Assembly (NCBI GenBank): GCA_902495085.1
Contig: CABUWA010000001.1
Span: forward strand, 1 to 51,587
Origin: an uncultured Collinsella sp.
GTDB lineage: Bacteria > Actinomycetota > Coriobacteriia > Coriobacteriales > Coriobacteriaceae
DNA: 51,587 bases
Reading direction: 5' to 3'
A program made the position numbers and the translations under genes. Below the pieces are notes generated by a model. The model was not told the origin of the DNA, made no database searches, and saw nothing but the letters and a program-made list of their open reading frames with translations. Shown piece after piece: positions 33,475 through 43,000 of the stretch (positions are counted from its first letter, which is position 1; the number at the start of each line of letters is the position of its first letter).

Positions 33475-33711
33475 ATGGCGCGCTACGATTACAAGTGCTC
33501 GAGCTGCGGCAACGTGTTTGAGGTTGAGCATCCCATGTCCGAGACTCCCGAGGTCGCGTGCCCGAGCTGCGGTGCCCCGGCGGCCAAGACGTTCTCGGCC
33601 AGCGGCATTAAATTTGAGGGTAGCGGTTTCTACAACACCGACCAGCGAAGCGGCGGCTCCAGCACCAACGCCACGAGCGGCTGCTGCGCCAACTGCCCGC
33701 ATAACCACTAG
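33475..33711 (+). CDS. FmdB-family zinc-ribbon protein
   Basis: YDYKC..CG..FE, CPSCG and GIKFEGSGFYNTD motifs, with an AAGGA RBS. Confidence 0.88.
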   Translation: MARYDYKCSSCGNVFEVEHPMSETPEVACPSCGAPAAKTFSASGIKFEGSGFYNTDQRSGGSSTNATSGCCANCPHNH

Positions 33712-33716
33712 AAACC

Positions 33717-33758
33717 AAATAGCCCCGCGACCGACACCGATCGCGGGGCTATTTCTTT
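33717..33758 (+). terminator. Intrinsic (possibly bidirectional) terminator
   Basis: AAATAGCCCCGCGA...TCGCGGGGCTATTT followed by CTTT. Confidence 0.8.
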
Positions 33759-33797
33759 GCGCTATGGATAGCTAATTATCTACCAAGGTTTCCTTAT

Positions 33798-33866
33798 GAG
33801 TTGCGGTGAAATAAGGACTGTTTGGCGAGCAGAAGCCGCTATTCAATCCCTATTTCACCGCAACTT
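33798..33866. repeat. 69-bp palindromic dispersed repeat, family A copy 1
   Basis: 15-bp perfect inverted repeat AGTTGCGGTGAAATA/TATTTCACCGCAACT. Its reverse complement aligns without gaps to 50057-50125. Confidence 0.85.
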
Positions 33867-33871
33867 AGTCG

Positions 33872-35272
33872 TTACTTGCGGACCAGTCTGGCGCAGAAGT
33901 GGCCATCGTAGGAATCGGCGTTTACGGGGACGCTTTCGAAGAGGCCACGATCGTTCTGGCGTACGGATACGAGCTTCTTGGCCTGATCGAACTCGGGGAG
34001 TTGCAGAATCTGCGCCTCAGAGAGCTGATCCAGGGTAAAGCCGGCGCCCTCGGGAGAGGCCAAGAAGGCATCCACGACCTGCGTGTTCTCTTCATCAAAA
34101 ACCGAGCAGGTGGCATAGATAAGCTCACCGCCGGCAGCCACGCGCGCGGCGGCTTCCTTGAGCATCGTCAGCTGCAGTTTGGGCAGCTCAACCGCCACAT
34201 CCTTTTCGGTCAGGCGCCACGGAATCTCGGGATGACGACGCATTGTTCCGGTGCCAGAGCACGGTGCATCGATAAAGACCGTGTCGAACTTAACCGGCTT
34301 GCCAAGCATGGCATCAAACGACGTCAGTACTTCATCAAGCTCGCAGGCATCACCCGAAACCGTACGAACACCCTGAATACCGGCCTTATGCAGGCGAGCG
34401 AGATTCAGGTCGCACTTACGGTCATGAAGATCAAGTGCCGTATGCTGACGCTCATAGCCGGCGCGCTTGCCCTGGCACATCATCACATAGGTCTTGGTAC
34501 CGCGACCGGCACCAATCTCAAGGCAGCTACCAGGGCGCGTGGCAGCTGTGGCGATAAGCTGCGCGTTAAGGTCCGAGGCCACCGCGGCAGCACGCTCAAA
34601 TACGCCCGACGCAACCGTAACCTGGGCATCAACCGGGGCATGGCAGCCTGGGAAGACAGGCGCGACGAGCTGCGAGATATAGGGATCGGGCTTAGTAGCA
34701 AAGGCGTTCTCATGAAGGGCCAGCGGCGCGGGGGCCAGATTGCCGGCAAAGTTAAGCGCACCCTCAGGAGTGTCGAACGATGCCATAATGCGAGCGCACA
34801 GCCAACGCGGTAGACCCATCAGGCGCGACAGACGAACCAAGCGTCGCTCAGGCTCATCTACATCGGACGCAGTGGCAAAGTCCTCAACGTTGTCCGCGAC
34901 CTTATGCAGCACGGCATTGGCCAAACCTGCGGCAGACTTAGCTCCGCTGCGCACCAGCTCAACACCCTGACTTACTGCAACGCGGCCAGGCGTATGCAGA
35001 TAGAGCATCTCGAAGGCCGAGATACGAAGCGCCATGCGAACACGCGGCGCAACCTTTTTAGGCTTATCAAGAAACTGATCGAGCAGCTCGTCCAAAATAC
35101 CCTGTGTGGCGGCCACGCCAAGCGCCAAGCGAGCTGCAAAAGCGGAATCGCGCTGGTCAATAGCCTTGGCCGATGCGCGAGAGGACAGCACGTCACGCGC
35201 ATACATACCGCGGCGATCAGCCTCCATTAGCACATCGAGCGCAAGCTTGCGCGCGGGAGACAACTTGCTCAT
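33872..35272 (-). CDS. rsmB: 16S rRNA m5C methyltransferase RsmB/Sun with NusB-like N-domain
   Basis: NusB-like N-terminus (LANAVL), then EIGAGRGTKT, DAPCSGTGT.RRHPEI, LIYATCS and DGHFCARL. ATGA overlap with the fmt stop. Confidence 0.88.
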   Translation of the reverse strand: MSKLSPARKLALDVLMEADRRGMYARDVLSSRASAKAIDQRDSAFAARLALGVAATQGILDELLDQFLDKPKKVAPRVRMALRISAFEMLYLHTPGRVAVSQGVELVRSGAKSAAGLANAVLHKVADNVEDFATASDVDEPERRLVRLSRLMGLPRWLCARIMASFDTPEGALNFAGNLAPAPLALHENAFATKPDPYISQLVAPVFPGCHAPVDAQVTVASGVFERAAAVASDLNAQLIATAATRPGSCLEIGAGRGTKTYVMMCQGKRAGYERQHTALDLHDRKCDLNLARLHKAGIQGVRTVSGDACELDEVLTSFDAMLGKPVKFDTVFIDAPCSGTGTMRRHPEIPWRLTEKDVAVELPKLQLTMLKEAAARVAAGGELIYATCSVFDEENTQVVDAFLASPEGAGFTLDQLSEAQILQLPEFDQAKKLVSVRQNDRGLFESVPVNADSYDGHFCARLVRK

Positions 35273-36189
35273 GACAAAACACCCCAGATAAGATCGGCAC
35301 CCTGTAGGCCAGCAGCCCAAGCAGAAGCGGCCATAGCACGCTTGCCATCTGGCTTAACCTCGAGCAACTCAATCGAGCCATCGGAAAGACCCAGGTAAAC
35401 ACGCTTGGCCTTAACGTCAACGGCGCCCTCGCCAAGCGAAACATCGGCCAGCGCAGCATCGAGCACACGCACGGTCTTGCCGGCAATCACGCAACGAGCA
35501 GGCGCGGTATCGGACGAAGCGAGCACATGACGCACGCAATCGAGCGCAGCCATCTGCGGATCCAGACGCATCTCCTGCTTAGAAATCTTGGCTGCATGCG
35601 TGACGAGCGACTCATCCTGCTCAGTCCAAACAGCCGAGCCATCGGCAAGCGAGGGAAGCGTATCAGCCAGCAGTTTGCCGCCAAGCTCACCAAGCTCCAT
35701 GGTCAGCGCCTCAGCATGCTTACCGGCAACCGACGTGGATGCCTGAGCACAATAAGCACCAGTATCCACGCCATGCCCAATGCGCATAATGGAAACGCCG
35801 GCTACCTCGTCACCAGCAAGAATGGCACGCTGAATGGGAGCAGCGCCACGCCAACGCGGCAGCAGCGAAGCATGAACATTCACAATACCGAGCGGCGCCA
35901 TATGCAGCACCTCATCGGGCAAAATGCAGCCATAAGCAGCCACACAGAAAATGTCAGCCTGGGCAGCTTGAAGCGCCTCAACAACCTCAGGCGTCATACG
36001 ATTAGCCTCAACAACCGGCAACCCCAGCTCAAGCGCCTTAGCCTTAACAGGAGACGGCTCCAGCTTCTTACCACGCCCACGAACAGCATCGGGACGAGTA
36101 ACAACAAGCGCAATCTCATTCCCAGCCTCAACAAGCGAAGTCAGCGAAGGCACAGCAAAATCAGGCGTACCCATAAACACAATACGCAT
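35269..36189 (-). CDS. fmt: Methionyl-tRNA formyltransferase
   Basis: MRIVFMGTPDFA and NVHASLLPRWRGAAPIQRAI motifs. Confidence 0.97.
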   Translation of the reverse strand: MRIVFMGTPDFAVPSLTSLVEAGNEIALVVTRPDAVRGRGKKLEPSPVKAKALELGLPVVEANRMTPEVVEALQAAQADIFCVAAYGCILPDEVLHMAPLGIVNVHASLLPRWRGAAPIQRAILAGDEVAGVSIMRIGHGVDTGAYCAQASTSVAGKHAEALTMELGELGGKLLADTLPSLADGSAVWTEQDESLVTHAAKISKQEMRLDPQMAALDCVRHVLASSDTAPARCVIAGKTVRVLDAALADVSLGEGAVDVKAKRVYLGLSDGSIELLEVKPDGKRAMAASAWAAGLQGADLIWGVLS

Positions 36190-36408
36190 AAAAGTTAGTC
36201 TCCTCTCAATAACGAGCCGAGACGGCTACAAATAACAGCGGAAAGCCAAGTACCCAGCCCATCCGCAAGAACAATTCAACAAGAACAAATATACCCAAAA
36301 CCAAAGAAAGAGCCGCAATAAAAGCAGCTCTTTCAGCAAAGCACCTATCAGCAAAGACGCCCTTCCCTGGCCCGACGGCACCCGGGCGAGACAAGCAGCG
36401 TCAACGTA

Positions 36409-36504
36409 GTCCCCGGGGTGCCCGCCTATATCGTCCCGCGCGCAGTTTCGCAGCGCAGCGAGAATGTTTGAGCACGGGATGATATAGGCGGGCACCCCGG
36501 GGAC
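36409..36504. repeat. 96-bp long palindromic element (GTCCC...GGGAC), family B copy 1, between def and fmt
   Basis: 33-bp arms at 36409-36441 and 36472-36504, of which the first 24 bp are perfect, with an inner TCGC-AGCGCA-GCGA hairpin. Confidence 0.85.
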
Positions 36505-36512
36505 GGACAAAC

Positions 36513-37049
36513 CTACTCCGTCTCGCCCGGTCGAGCGCCGCGGGCCAGGGCGTCCTGGTACTCCTTGACGGCCTTGAGCCTCTGCATCGGCTTCAGTCGC
36601 TCAAACATGGTGTTGCCGTGCAAGTGATCGATCTCGTGCTGCAGACACACGCAGAACAGATCGCCCGAGGCCTCATAGCGAATCAGATTGGCATCCAGGT
36701 CATACGCCTCGACGACGACATGGTCGGGACGCTCAATCTCGCAGCTAATGCCGGGAATGGAAAGGCAGCCCTCGCTAAACGGCACCAGATGGTCGCTCTG
36801 CTCAACAATGACGGGATTGATGAGCACATACGGGTCGTAGTCGTTCTTGTCGCTGTAATCGCAGTCGATGGTGACGAGCTGAATGAGCTCGCCGATCTGC
36901 GGGGCAGCCAGGCCGCAGCCGCCGTTCTCAAACATCATCTTCTTCATCTTCTCGGCAAGCGCCTCGATCGCCGGGGTGATCTCTTCGATGACGGCGCACT
37001 CCTGGCGCAGACGAGGGTCGGGCGACAGTACGATTCCGTTGGCTTCCAT
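36513..37049 (-). CDS. def: Peptide deformylase
   Basis: GCGLAAPQIG, EGCLS and QHEIDHL motifs. The start is ATG 37049 (or 37055). Confidence 0.96.
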   Translation of the reverse strand: MEANGIVLSPDPRLRQECAVIEEITPAIEALAEKMKKMMFENGGCGLAAPQIGELIQLVTIDCDYSDKNDYDPYVLINPVIVEQSDHLVPFSEGCLSIPGISCEIERPDHVVVEAYDLDANLIRYEASGDLFCVCLQHEIDHLHGNTMFERLKPMQRLKAVKEYQDALARGARPGETE

Positions 37050-37067
37050 GGCCATCCTTTCGGGTTG

Positions 37068-39521
37068 TTACATCAAATCATAGGCGTCGACATCAACGCT
37101 CACGCTCACGCCGCGCACGGAGCCCACCTCTTTGAGGCAGGCGTCGATATCATCAGAGACATGGTACCCCACGGGCGACTTCACAAGCAGATGGAAGCGG
37201 TAACGGTCCTTGGCTCTCTCGATTACACACGAAGCCGGGCCCAGCACCTGCGGCACGGCACTCCCCGCCCGTAAAAAGTCGGGCGCGGCGGCATGCCAAC
37301 GGCGCTTAAGAAGCTTTACAATGCGCCCGATGTAGTCCTGCGCGTCGTCTCGGTTCGCCGACCACACCAAAATGTTGACCAGGCGAACAAACGGCGGGTA
37401 CAGCGCGTCGCGGCGCTGGTCCAGGTCGTAGTCGGTAAAGATCGAACGGTCGTGCTCAGCGACAGCGCGAATGACCGGATCTTCGGGCAGGTAGGTCTGG
37501 ATGATCACCTCACCGGGGCGATCGCCGCGGCCGGCGCGGCCCGCAACCTGCTCCAGCAAGTCGTAGGCGCGCTCTCCTGCGCGGAAGTCCGGCAGCTTGA
37601 GGGCGAAATCGGCATTGACCACGCCCACGAGCGTGACCTCGGGAAAGTCGAGGCCCTTGGCGATCATCTGGGTGCCCAGCAGCACCGCACAATCGGCGGC
37701 ATCGAACTGCTCGAGCAGCTTTTTGTGCGCATCCTTGCCGCGCGTGGAATCGGCATCCATGCGAATAATGGCGACGTCCTCGGGAAGCATCTGGTGCAGC
37801 GCGTCCTCGATCTGTTGCGTGCCCAGACCCATTTTTGCCAGGTAGCGACTGCCACATTTGGGGCAACGGCTCGTGGGCGCGGGATACGGCTGCACGCGCC
37901 AAGACGAACCGCAGGTGTGGCACTGCAGCGTGTGTGTGCGCTCGTGATACGTAAGCGCGGTGGAGCAGTGGTTGCAGGTGGGCACGCAGCCGCATTCGCG
38001 GCACATCAGAAACGGCGCAAAGCCACGGCGGTTATGCAGCAGCACGGCCTTTTCGCGGCGCTCGACCACACGCTCCAGGCCCTCCATCAGCGGTTTTGAG
38101 AACATGGAACGGCTGCCGTGCGAGAACTCACGGCGCAGGTCGGCGATTCGAACCGTCGGCAGGACTGCGTGTCCCGGGCGCTCAGGCATCTCGACGCGCG
38201 TCCAGGTGGCACCGTTATACGTGCCACGGCGGCAGCGATGGAGGGCCTCAGCAGAAGGCGTGGCGGAGCCCAACACGAGCGGGCAGCGGTAGCGCCGCGC
38301 CATCTCAGCCGCCACCTCGCGCGCATGGTAGCGCGGACTGGAGCCCTGCTTGTAGCTGGTCTCGTGCTCCTCGTCGATGATGATGAGACCTAGATCGCTG
38401 AGCGGGCAAAAGAGCGCCGAGCGGGCGCCGACGACCACGCGCGCAGCACCGCTCGCGACCATGTCCCACTGATCCAGGCGCTCGCCGGCCGAAAGGCGCG
38501 AATGGAACACGGCGACCGTCTCGCCAAAGCGCGAGCGGAAGCGGCCGACGGTCTGGGCCGTAAGCGAGATCTCGGGCACGAGCACGCAGGCCGAGCGACC
38601 GGCCGCGAGCACGCGTTCGATAGCGGAGAGATAAACCTCGGTTTTGCCGGAGCCGGTGACGCCGTCGACCAGCACCACGTCTCCATGAGCGTCCAGACGG
38701 GCGCGCTCAATCTGCGCGAGCGCCTGCTGCTGGCCGTTGGTAAGTGCGACCGGCGCCTTGCCGCTTGCCGAGGACAGCGTGGTCTGCTCGCTGCAGCCAC
38801 GCCAGGCGCGACGCTCCTCCACCACCACGACGCCGCGTTTTTCGAGCGCCTTGATGGTCGCCGACATGCTGTTATAAAGCAGGTTGAGGTCGCGCGTCGT
38901 GACCGGCCCGCACTGGAGCGCCTCGATGAGCTGACGCTGACGGACCGCCGTTTTAGGAGGCGTATAGTCGAAGCCCTCGGGCGTAAGCATGACCCAGCGG
39001 TTTTGGATGGGTTTGACAGCAGGGCGCTCAACGGCCCAGACGCCATCATCGCCCTTGACCACGCGCGGGCTTCCGCCCGGGGGCAAGAACAGGCGCAGGC
39101 ACTCGGAAAGCGTCGCGACATACTCGCGGCTCATCCAGCGTGCGATACGGGCGGCCTCTGCGGTAAAGAGCGGCTTGCTGAGGATGGCCTCGATAGGCTT
39201 GATACGCGCGGGATCGAGAGCGTCGTTACCTTGCAGGTCGGCCAGCTCGGGCGCGATGTCGACGATGTAGCCCGCGGCCGCACGGTTGCCAAAATGAACT
39301 AGGACGGTGGAGCCGATCTGGAAATCGTTGGCGAGTGACTGCGGAATTCCATAAGCAAACGGCTCGGACAGAGCACGCGTCGGGATGTCGAGGACTACGC
39401 TCGCATAGGCGGCGATGGGCTCAGGTGCAGGCTCGGGCTGCGCCGGGGCGGCGGCAGGAGCCGCGGACTTCGGAGCTTCCTCCGGTTCTGGCGAACCAAA
39501 CAGCGAAAGTTGCTCGGCCAT
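37068..39521 (-). CDS. priA: Primosomal protein N' (replication restart helicase)
   Basis: GVTGSGKTEVY, IIDEEHE, GSATPS, a Cys-rich zinc region, GTQMIAKGLDFP and QVAGRAGR. Confidence 0.97.
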   Translation of the reverse strand: MAEQLSLFGSPEPEEAPKSAAPAAAPAQPEPAPEPIAAYASVVLDIPTRALSEPFAYGIPQSLANDFQIGSTVLVHFGNRAAAGYIVDIAPELADLQGNDALDPARIKPIEAILSKPLFTAEAARIARWMSREYVATLSECLRLFLPPGGSPRVVKGDDGVWAVERPAVKPIQNRWVMLTPEGFDYTPPKTAVRQRQLIEALQCGPVTTRDLNLLYNSMSATIKALEKRGVVVVEERRAWRGCSEQTTLSSASGKAPVALTNGQQQALAQIERARLDAHGDVVLVDGVTGSGKTEVYLSAIERVLAAGRSACVLVPEISLTAQTVGRFRSRFGETVAVFHSRLSAGERLDQWDMVASGAARVVVGARSALFCPLSDLGLIIIDEEHETSYKQGSSPRYHAREVAAEMARRYRCPLVLGSATPSAEALHRCRRGTYNGATWTRVEMPERPGHAVLPTVRIADLRREFSHGSRSMFSKPLMEGLERVVERREKAVLLHNRRGFAPFLMCRECGCVPTCNHCSTALTYHERTHTLQCHTCGSSWRVQPYPAPTSRCPKCGSRYLAKMGLGTQQIEDALHQMLPEDVAIIRMDADSTRGKDAHKKLLEQFDAADCAVLLGTQMIAKGLDFPEVTLVGVVNADFALKLPDFRAGERAYDLLEQVAGRAGRGDRPGEVIIQTYLPEDPVIRAVAEHDRSIFTDYDLDQRRDALYPPFVRLVNILVWSANRDDAQDYIGRIVKLLKRRWHAAAPDFLRAGSAVPQVLGPASCVIERAKDRYRFHLLVKSPVGYHVSDDIDACLKEVGSVRGVSVSVDVDAYDLM

Positions 39522-39553
39522 GGCCCCAGCACCTCCTATCCCATACGTCTACA

Positions 39554-39586
39554 GAAACAAGAGCCCCGCTCGGGTGAACGGGGCTC
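39554..39586 (-). terminator. Intrinsic terminator after gltX
   Basis: Minus strand GAGCCCCG...CGGGGCTC followed by TTGTTTCT. Confidence 0.7.
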
Positions 39587-39609
39587 GGATACATACGTTT
39601 GCGCAGCGA

Positions 39610-41085
39610 TTACAGCGCCATCGTGCGGGCGCGGTCGATACGCGCCAGGCAGTCGTCGCGACCGACGAGCGCCATGGTCTCGCCCAGCGGAGGGCTCACC
39701 ATGTTGCCGCAAACGGCGACGCGCACGGCCTGGAACACCACGCGCTTCTTAAGGTCCATCTGCTCGGGCAGCGGCTCAAGCGCAGCGTCGATGACCTCTG
39801 CGGTCCACTCGTCCACGCCCTCAAGCGCGGCCTTAGCGGCATCCAGAATGGCACCCATGCCTTCCTTGGCCAGACCCTTGTTGACAGACTTCTCGTCATA
39901 CTCGAGCGTCTCGGCCGTAGCGAAGATGGGAGCGGCGACGGTCACGGCGTCGGCCGGCATCTTGGTGCGCGGCTTAACGATGGCAGCGAGCGCGTCGATC
40001 CAATCCTCGCCGTACTCGACATTACCCTCGATCAGACCAGCCTCGTGCAGCTCGGGGACCATGATCTCGTCGGCAAACTGAGCATCGGTCATGCCGTTAA
40101 TGTACTCAGCGTTGACCCAATCGAGCTTCTTGGGATCGAAGGTCGCCGGGTTCTTGGAGATGCGGTCGAGCGAGAACTTGCTGGCCAGGACATCGCGCGG
40201 AATGATCGTGGTCTCGCCGTCGAGCGACCAGCCGAGCAGTGCCAAGTAGTTGACGAACGCATCGGGCAGGTAGCCGGCATCGCGGTACTCCTCCACCGAG
40301 GTGGCGCCATGGCGCTTGGAGAGCTTTTTGCCGTCGGCGCCCAGAATCATGGAGATGTGGGCGAACGTAGGCACGGGCGCACCGAGGGCCTCGTAAACCA
40401 TGACCTGACGCGGGGTGTTGGACAGGTGGTCGTCGCCGCGGATGACGTGGGTGATCTTCATCATGGCGTCGTCGACGACGGTCGCGAAGTTGTACGTGGG
40501 CGTGCCGTCGGAGCGGAAGATGACAAAGTCGTCGAGCTCCTTGGCGTCAAAGGTCACCTCGCCATGGACGGCGTCGTGAATGACGACGTCGCCGCGGTCC
40601 TCGGGCACCTTGATGCGCAGGACGTAGGGCTCGCCGGCCTCGATGCGGCGGCGGGCCTCCTCGGGATCAAGATCGCGGCAGCGGCGCTGATAGCCCTGGA
40701 AGGGGTCCTTGCGCTCCTGAGCGGCCTTGCGGTCGGCCTCGAGCTGCTCCTTGGTGCAGAAGCAGGGATAGGCCTTGCCCTCATCCCAAAGCTGCTGGGC
40801 GGCCTGCTTATACAGGTCCAGGCGCTCGGTCTGGGCGTAGGGGCCAAAATCGCCGCCCACCTCGGGACCCTCGTCCCAGTCCAGGCCCAGCCAACGCATG
40901 GCGCGCAGGATGATCTGCGTGTTCTCATCGGTGGAGCGGGTGGGGTCGGTGTCGTCGATGCGCAGGATGAACGTGCCGCCGTTTGCGCGGGCGAAAGCCC
41001 AGTTATAGATAGCGGTGCGGGCGCCGCCGATGTGCAGCTTGCCCGTCGGTGAGGGTGCAAAGCGGACGCGAACGTCTGATGCCAT
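39610..41085 (-). CDS. gltX: Glutamate--tRNA ligase
   Basis: RFAPSPTG.LHIGG, THVIRGDDH and KLSKR motifs. ATG 41085 follows GAGGAG. Confidence 0.97.
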   Translation of the reverse strand: MASDVRVRFAPSPTGKLHIGGARTAIYNWAFARANGGTFILRIDDTDPTRSTDENTQIILRAMRWLGLDWDEGPEVGGDFGPYAQTERLDLYKQAAQQLWDEGKAYPCFCTKEQLEADRKAAQERKDPFQGYQRRCRDLDPEEARRRIEAGEPYVLRIKVPEDRGDVVIHDAVHGEVTFDAKELDDFVIFRSDGTPTYNFATVVDDAMMKITHVIRGDDHLSNTPRQVMVYEALGAPVPTFAHISMILGADGKKLSKRHGATSVEEYRDAGYLPDAFVNYLALLGWSLDGETTIIPRDVLASKFSLDRISKNPATFDPKKLDWVNAEYINGMTDAQFADEIMVPELHEAGLIEGNVEYGEDWIDALAAIVKPRTKMPADAVTVAAPIFATAETLEYDEKSVNKGLAKEGMGAILDAAKAALEGVDEWTAEVIDAALEPLPEQMDLKKRVVFQAVRVAVCGNMVSPPLGETMALVGRDDCLARIDRARTMAL

Positions 41086-41164
41086 GGAAATCTCCTCGAT
41101 TGCAGGATGGATGTCTAACCGCATCAGTATAAAGCATCAAAGCAACCTCCGCACAAAGGGCACC

Positions 41165-41302
41165 GACCTACTCATTGGGGACATACTCATTGGGGACAGA
41201 CTTGACCTACTCATTGGGGACAGACTTAAATGACCATTCTTTGGGCAACCTGTCGGCACTTAGGCAAGGCTGGTCATTTATGTCTGTCCCCAATGAGTAG
41301 GT
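41165..41302. repeat. Palindromic element (family C) with tandemly duplicated left end, in the gltX/metK divergent region
   Basis: 32-bp inverted repeat (41205-41236 / 41271-41302, one mismatch) plus three copies of TACTCATTGGGGACA at 41169, 41184 and 41208. Confidence 0.88.
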
Positions 41303-41407
41303 GCGGAAAGGGTGTGAATGTTTGATTTACGCGCTATGATGTGCCCTTGCATAGAGAGCCCGGCGGAATGGTAACGGTCGCCGGGACACGTTTTTGAAAG
41401 GACAATC

Positions 41408-42688
<1,281 letters not shown>

Positions 42689-42725
42689 GCCAGCGACAAA
42701 AGCTGCAGCCAAATAGAAACGCACC

Positions 42726-42762
42726 AAAAAGAGGTACCGGCCCCAACCGGTACCTCTTTTTT
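42726..42762. terminator. Bidirectional intrinsic terminator after metK
   Basis: AAAAAGAGGTACCGG-CCCCAA-CCGGTACCTCTTTTTT. Confidence 0.88.
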
Positions 42763-42856
42763 ATCAATCCAGTGGTGAAGATGCTTCGATATGATCCTAC
42801 GCTGCGTCACCAGCTAATGAATTTTGCAGCACGGGCACTTCTACCATGTATCCTTA

Positions 42857-42975
42857 GTCCCGAGGGCGGGGCATAAGGTCGATCGCGAGTTCCGCACGAG
42901 CCGGAGAGCACTTAATGTGCTCTCCGTGCGAGCAGGACTGTCCGAGCAGGCGGCCTTATGCCCCGCCCTCGGGAC
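42857..42975. repeat. 119-bp long palindromic element (GTCCC...GGGAC), family B copy 2
   Basis: 22-bp perfect outer stem GTCCCGAGGGCGGGGCATAAGG/CCTTATGCCCCGCCCTCGGGAC, with an inner CGGAGAGCAC-TTAAT-GTGCTCTCCG hairpin. Confidence 0.85.
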
Positions 42976-43000
42976 GATGGGACAAAACAAAGGAGCACCC

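Noticed and set aside
33798..33866. Integron attC site
   Set aside because: The orientation is GTT...AAC rather than RYYYAAC...GTTRRRY, and there is no cassette array or integrase.
36206..36510. Small hydrophobic ORFs between def and fmt
   Set aside because: The Leu/Phe/Val richness follows from the G/T skew of that strand. The ORFs start within or beside the palindrome and lack an RBS.
41165..41228. Three direct repeats as a possible CRISPR array
   Set aside because: The repeats are 15 bp with 0 and 9 nt between them, there are no unique spacers and no cas genes, and they are part of an inverted-repeat element.
41341..41407. SAM riboswitch in the metK leader
   Set aside because: There is only a simple CCCGGCG/CGCCGGG hairpin, and I could not match SAM-I or SMK consensus by eye. 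An Rfam scan would be needed.
42857..42975. Glycine riboswitch or T-box upstream of serine dehydratase
   Set aside because: GGAGAG is present but is locked in a perfect hairpin. The CCGAAG and CTCAGG glycine-aptamer motifs and the T-box GGTGGNACC motif are absent.
42824..43000. N-terminal extensions of serine dehydratase (and similarly glgB 20208, sugar transferase 17233, adaptor 46561)
   Set aside because: Downstream starts have better RBS motifs, and the extensions cross non-coding structures or neighbouring genes.
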